The notes below the pieces were generated by a model. That model saw nothing but the letters and a program-made list of their open reading frames with translations, ran no database searches and was not told where the DNA came from. Below, one piece after another: positions 1-9,967 of a stretch of 52,332 nt of DNA. Made by a program: the position numbers and the translations under genes. This DNA is from Eubacteriales bacterium (GTDB lineage Bacteria; Bacillota; Clostridia; Oscillospirales; JAAYXM01), in contig JAZTWZ010000095.1 in assembly GCA_045636165.1 (NCBI GenBank), positions 1-52,332 on the forward strand, written 5' to 3'. Every line of letters begins with the position of its first letter. The first letter of the stretch is position 1.

Positions 1-19
1 GGCTTAAAAGGAGAAAATT

Positions 20-484
20 ATGCGTGCAGTAATAACGCGCGTCAAATCTGCAGAAGTAAGAATTGACGGTGTAACTCATTCAAAAATAGGAAACGGGCTT
101 CTCATCCTTCTCGGAGTGTCCGTGAACGATACAGCGCAAGATGCGGAATATCTCGCAAAGAAGATTTCGATGATGAGAATATTCGAAGATTCTGAGGAGA
201 AGATGAATCTTTCCTGCTCGGCTGTAGAGGGCGAGATGATGGTTGTCTCAAACTTTACGCTCTATGCAAGCACCCAGAAGGGAAACCGCCCGAGTTTTGT
301 CGATGCGGCTCGTCCCGAGCTTGCAAAGCCGTTGTATGAATACTTCGTATCGCTTCTCCGCGATGCGGGGTATAATACGGAAACAGGTGTGTTCGGGGCA
401 TATATGGAGCTTGAGTCGGTAAATGACGGACCGATAACAATAGTTATGGATACGGAAACGGTCTTCGGAGGAAATGAAAGATGA
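20..484 (+). CDS. dtd: D-aminoacyl-tRNA deacylase
   Basis: 154-aa ORF. N-terminal MRAVITRV..GNGLLILLGV and C-terminal NDGPITI pattern are typical of Dtd. GGAG-type RBS just upstream. Confidence 0.9.
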   Translation: MRAVITRVKSAEVRIDGVTHSKIGNGLLILLGVSVNDTAQDAEYLAKKISMMRIFEDSEEKMNLSCSAVEGEMMVVSNFTLYASTQKGNRPSFVDAARPELAKPLYEYFVSLLRDAGYNTETGVFGAYMELESVNDGPITIVMDTETVFGGNER

Positions 485-1110
485 CGGTTGAAACTATGAC
501 AGTCGGCTTTCTCGGGACGAATTGCTATCTCGTTTACAGCGGCGATAAGGCAGTTGTAATAGACCCGGGTGCAGATGCGGAGAGAATTCTTAAAAGAGCA
601 GAGGAGCTTTCTCTTAAAATAGAGTATATCTTCCTTACTCACGCGCATTTTGACCATGTTCTCGCAGTTTCCGAGATAATAAAGAGGACAGGCGCGTCTC
701 TCGTTTCGACAGAGGGCGAAAGGCTTCGCCTTACGGACGCCGAGGTTTCGGGGCATACTATGCTTAGAAATCGCGAATTCATTCCGCTTTGTGCAGACAG
801 AGAAGTTACGAACGGTGAGAAAATCACGGTCGCAGATATGACATTTGAATTTATCATAACCCCCGGTCATACCGAGGGAAGTGTATGCATACTCTGTGGA
901 GATGTTATGTTCTCGGGAGATACTCTTTTTGCAGGAACTTGCGGCAGGTGCGACCTTGCAGGCGGTGATATCGGAGAGATGATGAAGTCCTTGAAAAGAC
1001 TTTTGCTCCTTCCTGGAGATTTCAGAGTGCTCTCAGGTCATGGCGAGGAAACAACGCTCTCACGCGAGCGCGAGACAAATATGTATATGATAGAGGCGGC
1101 GAGGCAGTGA
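481..1110 (+). CDS. MBL-fold metallo-hydrolase (glyoxalase II-like)
   Basis: HAHFDH (HxHxDH) metal motif plus downstream TPGHT and GH motifs. ATGA start/stop overlap with dtd. Confidence 0.85.
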   Translation: MTVETMTVGFLGTNCYLVYSGDKAVVIDPGADAERILKRAEELSLKIEYIFLTHAHFDHVLAVSEIIKRTGASLVSTEGERLRLTDAEVSGHTMLRNREFIPLCADREVTNGEKITVADMTFEFIITPGHTEGSVCILCGDVMFSGDTLFAGTCGRCDLAGGDIGEMMKSLKRLLLLPGDFRVLSGHGEETTLSRERETNMYMIEAARQ

Positions 1111-2579
1111 AGCTTTATCTCGAAGGTCATGATTTTGAATTTGCAACACAGCAGATATATATGTGTATGTTCCCGAATTCTCACGCGGAGTTCGTTCCGG
1201 AAAAGCCCGATTCGGGCGATTTCATAATTTCTTCGCTCACAAGAGGTAGCGATGAAGTTATTTCGGAAACGAAGATAACCATAGATGGCAGGGAAGTTTC
1301 CGAGAGTGCATCGTCGCCGTTGTGGGACGGAATATCTGATGAAGATACAAAGAGACAAATTCGTCGCGCGATAAAAACTTCGTTTTACAAGGCTGCGGTT
1401 TGCTATCTTCCGAAAGCTCCCGTATGGGGTGCGCTTACGGGCATCCGCCCGTCAAAGGTCGCGGCAAAGTACCTTGATGACGGTTTTTCGGCACTTGATG
1501 CAGAAAAAGCTATGACGGATGAATATTTCGTATCTCCTGAAAGAGCAAGGCTTGCAGTCGCTTGTGCTGAGCGCGCGAAGTTCGTCGCCGCGAATACGGA
1601 AAATCGCGATTTTTCGCTCTATGTCGGTATCCCGTTCTGTGCATCGCGTTGCCGATACTGCTCGTTTGTAAGCCACTCTATAGAAAAGGCAAGAGGACTT
1701 GTCACACCGTATCTTGAAATGCTCATCTATGAGCTTTCAACGCTTGGAAAAGCGGTAAAGGAAGCGGGACTCAATCTTCGTTCTGTATATATCGGCGGTG
1801 GAACTCCGACGGCTCTTTCTCGCGATGAGCTTGAGCTTGTAATGCGCGAGATATCAAAAAACTTTGATGTTGAAAATGCCCTTGAATATACGGTAGAAGG
1901 CGGTCGCCCGGATACTCTCACATACGATAAGATTGAAACGATTAAGAATCTCGGAGCAAGTCGCATAAGCGTAAATCCGCAGACGATGAACGATGATATT
2001 TTAGAGGCGATGGACAGACGCCATACGGCGGCAGATGTTGTCCGTACGATAGAGAATGTAAGAAAAATCGGCGGTCTTGCAATCAATATGGATCTCATAG
2101 CAGGGCTTCCGGGAGATAACCTTGAGAGCTTTTCTGACTCTGTTGACAGGGTGCTTTCGCTTTCACCCGAGAATGTCACCGTACATACCCTCGCGATAAA
2201 AAAAGGGTCAACGCTCAGTAACGAGAAATACAAGCTTCCCGATGGCGATGAAACTGAGAGAATGGTTGAGTATTCGATGAGAAGAATACTTGGGAACGGG
2301 TATGTGCCATACTATCTCTACCGCCAGAAGTATATGTCGGGAAACCTCGAAAATGTAGGTTATGCGCATCCCGGCTTTGAAAACCTGTATAACAACTATA
2401 TTATGGATGAGCTTCATACAATTATTTCTGCAGGCGCAGGAGGGGTTACAAAGCTTATCGATTCGGAAAAAGGAAAGATAGAGCGAATATTTAACCTCAA
2501 ATATCCGTATGAATATAATAACTCAAGAGAAAAGATTGACTCTACGAAAGAAAGGATAAAAGAGTTTTTTGAAGAATAG
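1107..2579 (+). CDS. Radical SAM protein, oxygen-independent coproporphyrinogen-III oxidase-like (HemN/HemZ family)
   Basis: CASRCRYCSF contains the CxxxCxxC radical SAM cluster motif. 490 aa with an N-terminal extension as in HemZ-type proteins. GTGA overlap with the upstream gene. Confidence 0.75.
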   Translation: MKLYLEGHDFEFATQQIYMCMFPNSHAEFVPEKPDSGDFIISSLTRGSDEVISETKITIDGREVSESASSPLWDGISDEDTKRQIRRAIKTSFYKAAVCYLPKAPVWGALTGIRPSKVAAKYLDDGFSALDAEKAMTDEYFVSPERARLAVACAERAKFVAANTENRDFSLYVGIPFCASRCRYCSFVSHSIEKARGLVTPYLEMLIYELSTLGKAVKEAGLNLRSVYIGGGTPTALSRDELELVMREISKNFDVENALEYTVEGGRPDTLTYDKIETIKNLGASRISVNPQTMNDDILEAMDRRHTAADVVRTIENVRKIGGLAINMDLIAGLPGDNLESFSDSVDRVLSLSPENVTVHTLAIKKGSTLSNEKYKLPDGDETERMVEYSMRRILGNGYVPYYLYRQKYMSGNLENVGYAHPGFENLYNNYIMDELHTIISAGAGGVTKLIDSEKGKIERIFNLKYPYEYNNSREKIDSTKERIKEFFEE

Positions 2580-2590
2580 GAGGGAAAGAA

Positions 2591-3526
2591 ATGCCCTTGG
2601 AACTTTGTGAGATAAACAGAAGAATAGAAACTGATGCTGCCACCTTTGTCGCAGAATGTGAAGAAAAATACGATGCGGCGATAGACTCGGCAGCGCGAAA
2701 AATTGCGGAAAGGTCAGGCGAGAGTATGGTCGTTCTCTTGTCTGGACCCTCAGGCTCGGGAAAGACGACAACGGCGCTTAAGCTTGAGAGAGCTCTTGAA
2801 AAGCTCGGAGTCGGAACACATCCGATTTCGCTTGATGACTATTTCAGGACGGTGGATATTGAAACCTCGCCGAAGAATGAGGACGGAGAGATTGACTATG
2901 AATCTCCGCTCTGCCTTGATATTCCGCTTTTGAATGAGCATATACAGAAGATTATAGACGGAGAGGAAGTCCTCGTTCCGAAGTTCGATTTTAAGAATCA
3001 GAGAAGGTCGGGCCTTACTTCACCGCTTCGTCTCGGCAAAAACGAGATAGTTATATTCGAGGGAATTCACGCGCTCAACGACGCGATTACCGGTTCTTGT
3101 GGCTCGCACGGAATAAAGCTTTATATCTCCGCAAGAAGCAACTTCTTAAACGACGGAAAGGTGTTCTATAAAGGAACTTGGACGCGTCTTACGAGAAGAA
3201 TCGTACGCGATGACCTTTTCAGAGGCGCAAATGCAGACTTTACGCTCTCAATCTGGGACGGCATCCGTCGCGGTGAGAAGATGTATATCTCGCCGTTCCG
3301 TGACCGCGCGGACATCATAATAAACTCAACCCATGAATACGAAATTAATGTTTTAAAGAAGCATCTGAAGGATGCAGTAAAGTCAGTGCCGGAGGGGATT
3401 GCGAGATACGGTGAGGTATGCGATCTTCTTGAGAACATAAACGGCTTTGTTGATCTTCCCGATTCGTTCGTGCCGGAAGATTCGCTTCTCCGCGAGTTTA
3501 TCGGTGGGGGAAGCTTTAAGTACTGA
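2591..3526 (+). CDS. P-loop nucleoside/uridine kinase family protein
   Basis: Walker A GPSGSGKTT followed by a DDYF segment, as in uridine kinase/phosphoribulokinase-family proteins. N-terminal extension of unknown role. Confidence 0.6.
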   Translation: MPLELCEINRRIETDAATFVAECEEKYDAAIDSAARKIAERSGESMVVLLSGPSGSGKTTTALKLERALEKLGVGTHPISLDDYFRTVDIETSPKNEDGEIDYESPLCLDIPLLNEHIQKIIDGEEVLVPKFDFKNQRRSGLTSPLRLGKNEIVIFEGIHALNDAITGSCGSHGIKLYISARSNFLNDGKVFYKGTWTRLTRRIVRDDLFRGANADFTLSIWDGIRRGEKMYISPFRDRADIIINSTHEYEINVLKKHLKDAVKSVPEGIARYGEVCDLLENINGFVDLPDSFVPEDSLLREFIGGGSFKY

Positions 3527-3560
3527 TAATTATAAAATATAGATATGGAGGGTTTGGAAA

Positions 3561-3956
3561 ATGAAAGATTCAATCAGAGGAATATGGGATAAGATTTGTG
3601 CAGGAGCAACCGTCGCAGGTGAGTTTGCGGCAAAAACTGCAGAGACTGTCACGAGCAAGGCTCAGGGGGTTTACAATTCATCAAAGGTAAATCTGAAGAT
3701 TCTCGACCTCACGACTGATATCGAAGTTCTTTACAAAGAAATCGGGCGCATCATATATGCAGCTCATACGAACGAAGAGGCATCTACCGAGGAGCTTGAC
3801 GAGAGACTTCTCGCTATAGATGAAAAAATGAAAGAGATTGAAGACCTTCGTCTCTCTGTCGCATCAGAGAGTGAAGAAAAGGTATGCCCTGAGTGCGGAA
3901 AGGAAAACGCAAAGGACAGCAACTTTTGTGCAAACTGTGGCTCAGCACTTAACTAA
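3561..3956 (+). CDS. Zinc-ribbon domain protein with N-terminal coiled-coil-like region
   Basis: C-terminal CPECG...FCANCG (two CxxC pairs). GGAGG RBS upstream. Confidence 0.6.
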   Translation: MKDSIRGIWDKICAGATVAGEFAAKTAETVTSKAQGVYNSSKVNLKILDLTTDIEVLYKEIGRIIYAAHTNEEASTEELDERLLAIDEKMKEIEDLRLSVASESEEKVCPECGKENAKDSNFCANCGSALN

Positions 3957-3973
3957 TTCGGAGATGCTAACAA

Positions 3974-5251
3974 ATGGATATACTTTTTGAAAATGCGAAA
4001 ATAATAACCGTTTCTGAAGATATGCCGTATCTTGAGAATGCATATCTCGGAACTGAAAACGGGAAAATTAAATATATAGGAACAGAGCGTCCGAAAGAGG
4101 CCGCAAAGCGTACAATTAACGCCAAGGGAAAAGTTCTTATCCCAGGTCTTATCAATGCGCATACGCATGTCCCAATGACGCTCTTCCGCGGACTTTCGGA
4201 CGATTGCGAGCTTGATGTGTGGCTGCGTGAGCACATCTGGCCTGCAGAGGACAAGCTCACTGACGAATCTGTCCTTGCAGGGACAAGCCTTGCGGTTGCT
4301 GAGATGCTCGCATCGGGAACAACCTCATTTTCGGACAGCTATTTCTTCGTCGATGCGATAGCTGAGGTAGCAAAGAGTTCGGGAATAAAGGCAAACCTCT
4401 CCCGTTCGATTATCGGAAGCGGTGAAAATTTTGAGAGCATGCCGTCTGTATCTGAGGCAAAGGCTCTTTATGAGAAAATTCATTTGTACGACGGCGGTCG
4501 TCTTCGTGCTGATGCGTCAATTCATGCGGAATATACGACGGAGCCGAAGTGTCGTATCAAGGTTTCGGAAATGGCAAAGGAGAGAGGTCAGATTCTTCAG
4601 ATTCACACCTCGGAAACCGAAGCAGAACATAATAAGTGTATAGAAAAGTACGGAAAGACTCCGACTGCGCTTTTTGAAAGCGAAGGTCTTTTTGAGGGAA
4701 CCCGTCCGCTTCTTGCACATTGCTGTTATATGACGGATGCGGATATGGACATCTTAAAAGCTCACGGCGGCTCGGTTGCACACTGTCCGGTAAGCAACTT
4801 AAAGCTTGCATCGGGAGTTGCGCCCGTGGTCGATATGCTCGGGAAAGGGCTCAATGTGGCTCTTGCAACAGACGGCGTTGCAAGCAACAACAATACCGAT
4901 ATGTTTGAGGAGATAAAGCTGTTTGCGATTCTCCATAAGGGCATAAATCAGAACCCGACAGCTATAAGCGCACCTCAGGCAATAAAAGCGGCGACGCTTT
5001 CCGGCGCGATGGCTCAGGGCAGAGATGACTGCGGAAAGCTCGAGGTTGGAATGGCTGCAGATATCGTTATGCTCGATTTCGATGCACCACATCTCGTTCC
5101 GTGCCATAACGCTATTTCAAACACCGTTTATTCGGCAAGAGGAAGCGATGTCTGCCTTACAATGGTAAACGGAAAAATTCTCTACGAAAACGGAGAGTTT
5201 AAGACCATTGACATAGAACGCGCAAAACACGACATACTTTCGTTTATGTAA
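3974..5251 (+). CDS. mtaD: Amidohydrolase, 5-methylthioadenosine/S-adenosylhomocysteine deaminase-like
   Basis: PGLINAHTHVPMT (HxH metal site), HTSET, and ATDG near the C-terminus. 425 aa, typical for MtaD/cytosine-deaminase-like amidohydrolases. Confidence 0.75.
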   Translation: MDILFENAKIITVSEDMPYLENAYLGTENGKIKYIGTERPKEAAKRTINAKGKVLIPGLINAHTHVPMTLFRGLSDDCELDVWLREHIWPAEDKLTDESVLAGTSLAVAEMLASGTTSFSDSYFFVDAIAEVAKSSGIKANLSRSIIGSGENFESMPSVSEAKALYEKIHLYDGGRLRADASIHAEYTTEPKCRIKVSEMAKERGQILQIHTSETEAEHNKCIEKYGKTPTALFESEGLFEGTRPLLAHCCYMTDADMDILKAHGGSVAHCPVSNLKLASGVAPVVDMLGKGLNVALATDGVASNNNTDMFEEIKLFAILHKGINQNPTAISAPQAIKAATLSGAMAQGRDDCGKLEVGMAADIVMLDFDAPHLVPCHNAISNTVYSARGSDVCLTMVNGKILYENGEFKTIDIERAKHDILSFM

Positions 5252-5306
5252 TAAAATAAAGCTTTTCGGCATAAATTCGCAGTATCATATAAAAAGGTGT
5301 GATATC

Positions 5307-6890
5307 GTGAATCGGTCGAAAAAAAAAGCACTTCTCCACGGCGCAGGCGTGCTTGCGGTTGCAGGAGTAGTGGTAAAGGTTACAGGGGCTTTGTATAAGA
5401 TTCCGCTCGGAATTATGCTCGGTCCTGTAGGAATGGCGAACTTTTCAATAGCGTATAACATATATTCGCTTCTGTTCGTGCTTGCGACGGCAGGAGTGCC
5501 CGTAGCCGTATCAAAAATGGTTGCGGAGAGTCTTGCACGCGACCGTGCAGGAATGCCGCAGAAGATTTTTTCGGTATCGCGAAAAGCGTTTTTTATCTTT
5601 GGCCTTTTCGGGTTTGCGATAATGTTTTTCGGAGCTGAAACGCTGTCAAGCCTTATGGGCAGCAGCGATTCTGCACCTGCCATACGGGCAATCTCACCTG
5701 CAGTGCTTCTTGTTTCACTTTCAGCGGTCAGCCGCGGCTACTTTCAGGGGCATTCGGATATGTACCCCACCGCAGTTTCAGAAGTTGCGGAATCGTTCGG
5801 AAAGCTCTTTATAGGGCTATGTTCGGCGTGGCTTCTCAAGAAAAGAGGCGCAGAGCCTCCTATGATCGCGGCAGGTGCGCTTTTTGGCGTAAGCATCGGT
5901 GCTGCGTTTTCCGTAATATACTTCAAGTTTCGACTGAAGAAGATGCCAAAGGTAAAGAAGGTACAGGGTGGAGGCTTTGCTGTAATAAAAAAGCTTTTTT
6001 CCCTCTCTGTACCCATAACGGTGGGGGCGACTGTAATAAGCCTTACGGCTGTTATTGACAGCGCGCTTGTCATGAATATCCTGAAAGGTTCAGGCTTTTC
6101 CGAATATCGCGCAAAGTGGCTTTTCGGCGGTTATACATACGCATCAACGCTGTTCAGTCTACCGTCATTCTTTGTTGCAACAATAGCTTCAACCCTTGTT
6201 CCTGCAATTTCTTCGGAAAAGGTAAGAGGCAGAGAAATAGAGGTTGACGGGCTTATAAATTCCGCAATCCGTCTGTCTGTTCTGATTTCCGCGCTTTCGG
6301 CGTTCGGTATGGCGGCAGTTTCAGACGGCATAATGCCGCTTCTTTACGGAAGTGGGGCGGATGAAGAGTGTCTTGCTCTCGCGTCACATCTTCTGAAAGT
6401 ATTGTGCTTAGGCGTGATTCCGCTTTCAATTGTGACGGTCACAAACGCGGTTCATCAGGCGCTCGGAAATGCGAAACTGCCCGTTATCTCCATTCTTTGC
6501 GGAGGGGCGCTGAAGCTTGTTTCAAATTACATTTTAGTGTCAAGAGCTGAAATGAATATATGCGGAGCTGCGATAAGTACGGTTATCTGTTATTTCGCGG
6601 CTGCAGGCATAAATGTCATAAATTTGAAGAAATATCCGTATGTCGGTATCGACATCGTAAAGAGTATAATAAAACCCGTTGCTGTCGGAGTTATGGTATT
6701 TTTTACGGCAACTTTTGCTTATTTTCAAACAGTATTCACGTTTGGTGTGTATTTTTCGACGGTGTTTTCTGTTCTGTCAGGAGCGGTTGTGGGAATATTT
6801 GGCACTTTTTTGCTGAAAATTGTCGGCAAAGAGGACGGAAAACTCGTTTTTGGAAATGCAAATATATTTAAATTTATAGATAATGATTGA
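5307..6890 (+). CDS. MOP-superfamily polysaccharide/lipid II flippase (SpoVB/YabM/MurJ-like)
   Basis: 527-aa polytopic membrane protein. It sits immediately upstream of mazG-yabO-yabP-yabQ-divIC, mirroring B. subtilis yabM. GTG start with AAAGGTG RBS. Confidence 0.8.
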   Translation: MNRSKKKALLHGAGVLAVAGVVVKVTGALYKIPLGIMLGPVGMANFSIAYNIYSLLFVLATAGVPVAVSKMVAESLARDRAGMPQKIFSVSRKAFFIFGLFGFAIMFFGAETLSSLMGSSDSAPAIRAISPAVLLVSLSAVSRGYFQGHSDMYPTAVSEVAESFGKLFIGLCSAWLLKKRGAEPPMIAAGALFGVSIGAAFSVIYFKFRLKKMPKVKKVQGGGFAVIKKLFSLSVPITVGATVISLTAVIDSALVMNILKGSGFSEYRAKWLFGGYTYASTLFSLPSFFVATIASTLVPAISSEKVRGREIEVDGLINSAIRLSVLISALSAFGMAAVSDGIMPLLYGSGADEECLALASHLLKVLCLGVIPLSIVTVTNAVHQALGNAKLPVISILCGGALKLVSNYILVSRAEMNICGAAISTVICYFAAAGINVINLKKYPYVGIDIVKSIIKPVAVGVMVFFTATFAYFQTVFTFGVYFSTVFSVLSGAVVGIFGTFLLKIVGKEDGKLVFGNANIFKFIDND

Positions 6891-6936
6891 AAAATTTAGA
6901 TATTTTTGAAAAAACACTTGCAGGAGAGCGATAAAT

Positions 6937-7629
6937 ATGGTAAATTTTATAAAGAAGGATAAATACGGGGTTTATGACCTCGTAGAGCTTACAAAGGTCC
7001 TCAGGTCGGAAAACGGTTGTCCCTGGGATCGTGAGCAGGATCATAAAAGTATTCGTATGAATTTCGTCGAAGAGGTTTATGAAGCTTGCGAAGCGATTGA
7101 TAACGAGGATACGCCGCTTCTTCTTGAGGAGCTTGGTGATGTTCTCGCTCAGGTTGTTTTTCATGCAGAGCTTGAATCGGAAAAGGGCGTCTTCGATATA
7201 GACGATGTTGCAGACGGCGTCTGTAAAAAGTTTATATTGCGTCACCCTCATGTTTTCGGGGATGTGTCTGCCGAGACTTCTGACGAGGTTTTAAAAAACT
7301 GGGACGATATTAAGCGCAAAGAGAAAAACCAGAAGACCTATTCTTCGGCGATGGATTCCGTTGCGAGAAGTTTGCCGGCGCTTATGAGAGCTGAGAAGCT
7401 TTGCTCTAAAGCGAAGAAGGCAGGTCTTCCCGAAAAGGGAATAGACGAGCTTTCAGCTTCCATTTCGGAAGAGCTCTCTCGCGGAGAAGAAATGAACATC
7501 GCAGATATCCTTATGGATGTTGTTCGTATTTCAAGAGTTTTGAAAGTTAACCCCGAAGAGGCGCTTGACTTTAAAAACGAAGAATTCATAAAGGAATTCA
7601 AAAAGTTTGAAAATGCGGACAAGCTTTAA
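6937..7629 (+). CDS. mazG: MazG-family nucleoside triphosphate pyrophosphohydrolase
   Basis: CPWDREQ, EEVYEACEAI and ELGDVL motifs of MazG. Occupies the position of B. subtilis yabN but lacks the methylase domain. Confidence 0.85.
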   Translation: MVNFIKKDKYGVYDLVELTKVLRSENGCPWDREQDHKSIRMNFVEEVYEACEAIDNEDTPLLLEELGDVLAQVVFHAELESEKGVFDIDDVADGVCKKFILRHPHVFGDVSAETSDEVLKNWDDIKRKEKNQKTYSSAMDSVARSLPALMRAEKLCSKAKKAGLPEKGIDELSASISEELSRGEEMNIADILMDVVRISRVLKVNPEEALDFKNEEFIKEFKKFENADKL

Positions 7630-7696
7630 TTCTCACGACTAAAACGGCTGGGGGTAATTACGGCCTTTTAGATAATAATTAGAGGAGGCAAAACAA

Positions 7697-7972
7697 ATGA
7701 ACAAGACAGAATTGGTAAACGCAGTTGCAGAGGCTGCAGCAGTTTCCAAGAAGGACGCAGAGAAGGTTATCAATGCTACAGTTGACGCTATCACAGCAGC
7801 TCTTAAGGCTGGCGATAAGGTTCAGCTCGTAGGCTTCGGTGCTTTCGAAGTTAAGTCTCGTGCAGCTCGTCAGGGAAGAAACCCGCGCACAAAGGAAACT
7901 ATCACAATTCCGGCATCAAAGAGCCCGGTATTCAAGGCTGGCAAAGCTCTTAAAGACGCTGTTGCGAAGTAA
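7697..7972 (+). CDS. hup: DNA-binding protein HU
   Basis: 91 aa. MNKTELV...GFGAFEV..RAARQGRNPRT..I.IPA is the canonical HU sequence. AGGAGG RBS. Confidence 0.95.
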   Translation: MNKTELVNAVAEAAAVSKKDAEKVINATVDAITAALKAGDKVQLVGFGAFEVKSRAARQGRNPRTKETITIPASKSPVFKAGKALKDAVAK

Positions 7973-7995
7973 TTAAGTTTCTAAAAAGGTTAACC

Positions 7996-8020
7996 GGGGC
8001 AAAGTCCGATGCTTTGCCCC
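7996..8020 (+). terminator. GC-rich hairpin after hup (weak U-tract)
   Basis: ggggcaaag/ctttgcccc 9-bp stem with a 7-nt loop. Not followed by a clear T-run. Confidence 0.45.
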
Positions 8021-8056
8021 TATTAGCCTAACAAAAACCGCAAATGAAGGTTATGT

Positions 8057-8299
8057 ATGAGAATTGATAAATATCTCAAGGTTTCAAGGCTTATAAAAAG
8101 AAGAACAGTCGCAAACGAAGCTTGCGACAACGGCAGAGTTTCAGTAAACGGAAAACCGGTAAAAGCATCTTATGATGTCAAGGTTTCCGATATAATCGAG
8201 ATTTCTTTCGGTTCGCGTACCCTTAAAATACGCGTCCTTGCCGTATCTGAACATATTACAAAGGATGAAGCGCACACTATGTATGAGGAAGTGCGCTGA
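8057..8299 (+). CDS. S4-domain RNA-binding protein (YabO/Hsp15-like)
   Basis: 80 aa. MRIDKYLKVSRLIKRRT is an S4 domain signature. Synteny with yabP/yabQ. Confidence 0.85.
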   Translation: MRIDKYLKVSRLIKRRTVANEACDNGRVSVNGKPVKASYDVKVSDIIEISFGSRTLKIRVLAVSEHITKDEAHTMYEEVR

Positions 8300-8383
8300 T
8301 TTTTGTATCCAAAAATATTAAATTTGAGAATAAAGCGAAGATCTTCCGAATATGCTTTTACAAAAAGTATGGGAGGAAGCAGT

Positions 8384-8671
8384 ATGCAGCTTGAAGATAA
8401 AGGTATTTCCAGGGATATTCCGCAGAATATCATAATTGAAAACCGTTTGAGGATGAGCGTTACGGGAGTGCAGGATGTAGAGAATTTTGACGATTCAAGC
8501 GTCACTCTCTATACAAATCGCGGACTTCTGACTATCCGGGGAACAGCTCTTCATGTAGAGCGACTCAATCTTGAAACGGGAGAACTTGCAATAGAGGGAA
8601 CAATCGACGGACTTGATTACAGCGAAGACACTCCGACCTCAGGAGGGTTCTGGTCGCGTCTGTTCAGGTAA
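8384..8671 (+). CDS. yabP: Sporulation protein YabP
   Basis: The ORF opens at 8303, but the ATG at 8384 has a GGGAGG RBS 7 nt upstream. The sequence (ENRLRMSVTGV.DVENFDD..V.L.T..G.L.I.G..L.V..L) fits the YabP/YqfC family. Sits upstream of yabQ. Confidence 0.85.
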   Translation: MQLEDKGISRDIPQNIIIENRLRMSVTGVQDVENFDDSSVTLYTNRGLLTIRGTALHVERLNLETGELAIEGTIDGLDYSEDTPTSGGFWSRLFR

Positions 8672-8682
8672 CGGGTGAGATT

Positions 8683-9174
8683 ATGGAGAACACCGTTTCT
8701 GTCCAGACAGTCGAGTTTCTGTATTCCGCCTTGCTCGGTGTAGGGATACTTGTTTTTTACGATTTTTTGAGAACCGTTCGCGCATATATTAAGGACTCGC
8801 GCGTAATTACAGGGCTTTTTGATGCGCTTTTCTGGGTGTGTGCGGTTTTTGCGCTTTTTACATTCGTTATGACATATACCGAAGGAAGAATGCGCTGGTA
8901 TGTCCTTTTCGGGGCATTTTGCGGCGGTTTTGTTTACAGAGCCGCAGCGAGCGAGATTGTGTTCAAGCTTATGAAGACGACGGCGGACGCCGCAATACGG
9001 CTTTTAAGACTTGCCTCGCGTCCGGTTTATCTCCTTCTTTCGTTCTTTAAACGGAGCGCAGAAGGATTTCAGAGAAAAGCTTCGCGCGCGGTAAGAAGCC
9101 GTAAGCGGAAAAAGAAAGGAAAGGCTGATAAAGTTGGCAGCAAGAAAGAAAAGAAAAAAGAGCATTTTTCCTAA
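8683..9174 (+). CDS. yabQ: Spore cortex biosynthesis protein YabQ
   Basis: Small multi-pass membrane protein between yabP and divIC, with a Lys-rich C-terminal tail. Confidence 0.7.
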   Translation: MENTVSVQTVEFLYSALLGVGILVFYDFLRTVRAYIKDSRVITGLFDALFWVCAVFALFTFVMTYTEGRMRWYVLFGAFCGGFVYRAAASEIVFKLMKTTADAAIRLLRLASRPVYLLLSFFKRSAEGFQRKASRAVRSRKRKKKGKADKVGSKKEKKKEHFS

Positions 9175-9421
9175 GCTGATACTTGTTGTGTTTGTCATAT
9201 ATGCCGCCTTTACCATTATCTCGAATCAGATAAAGGTAAAACGCTTCAATGAGGACACGGCGAAAAATAACGAAATAATAGTTACTGAGTCGATGAAGAA
9301 AGAAAAGCTTAAGCAGGAGCTTGCGGCTGAGATAGATGATGAATATGTAACCCGTGAGGCGCAGAATCAGGGATATGCCGCGCCGAACGAGCGCGTTTTT
9401 GTAGATATAGCAGGAAGTTAA
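9134..9421 (+). CDS. divIC: Septum formation initiator (DivIC/FtsB family)
   Basis: Basic N-terminus, one TM (LILVVFVIYAAFTII), a coiled-coil stretch and a C-terminal Y..REA...GY..P.E..F motif. TTG start. Conserved position after yabQ. Confidence 0.7.
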   Translation: MAARKKRKKSIFPKLILVVFVIYAAFTIISNQIKVKRFNEDTAKNNEIIVTESMKKEKLKQELAAEIDDEYVTREAQNQGYAAPNERVFVDIAGS

Positions 9422-9444
9422 AATAAGGAGGAAACAGTCAGAGT

Positions 9445-9855
9445 ATGGGACTCGAAGTTGGGGCTATTTGTAATGGAAAGGTTACTTCAATAATGAAGTA
9501 CGGTGCATTTGTGGCGCTTGAGGACGGAAGCAGCGGAATGGTACATATTTCGGAAGTTTCGCACACATTTGTAAACGATATAAACGAGCATCTGCAGGTA
9601 GGTCAGCAGGTGAAGGTAAAGGTTATATCAATTGACGAGAAGGGAAGGCTCAGCCTCTCTATAAGAAAGGCAGAACCGCGCCCTGAGCGTCCGACACCGA
9701 GCTTTTCGCGCCCGGCTCCTGCTGCTCCTGTAAGGCAGACAGAGATGTCATTTGAAGATAAGCTCAAGCAGTTTATGCAAGATTCCGACAGTAAAATTTC
9801 GGGAATAAAGCAGTATTCTGACCGCCGCGTTAATACAAGACGCGCAAAAAGATAA
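9445..9855 (+). CDS. S1 RNA-binding domain protein (YabR-like)
   Basis: G.V..I..YGAFV.L..G..G.VHISE is a classical S1 domain. AGGAGG RBS. Synteny after divIC. Confidence 0.85.
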   Translation: MGLEVGAICNGKVTSIMKYGAFVALEDGSSGMVHISEVSHTFVNDINEHLQVGQQVKVKVISIDEKGRLSLSIRKAEPRPERPTPSFSRPAPAAPVRQTEMSFEDKLKQFMQDSDSKISGIKQYSDRRVNTRRAKR

Positions 9856-9862
9856 ATATAAA

Positions 9863-9901
9863 AGCCATATCGGGAATTTTCCGGTATGGCTCATTTTTTT
9901 T
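9863..9901 (+). terminator. Intrinsic terminator after yabR
   Basis: About 10-bp stem (gccatatcgg/ccggtatggc) followed by a T8 run. Confidence 0.75.
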
Positions 9902-9967
9902 GTTTGCAGATAATATAATTTAAGTGAGTTAAAAAGTCCGAGGTGTTCGGGGAGGTTTATTATCTGT

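Noticed and set aside
262-870. 202-aa minus-strand ORF overlapping dtd and the MBL hydrolase gene
   Set aside because: It is antisense to two well-supported genes. Its composition is not protein-like and it has no RBS.
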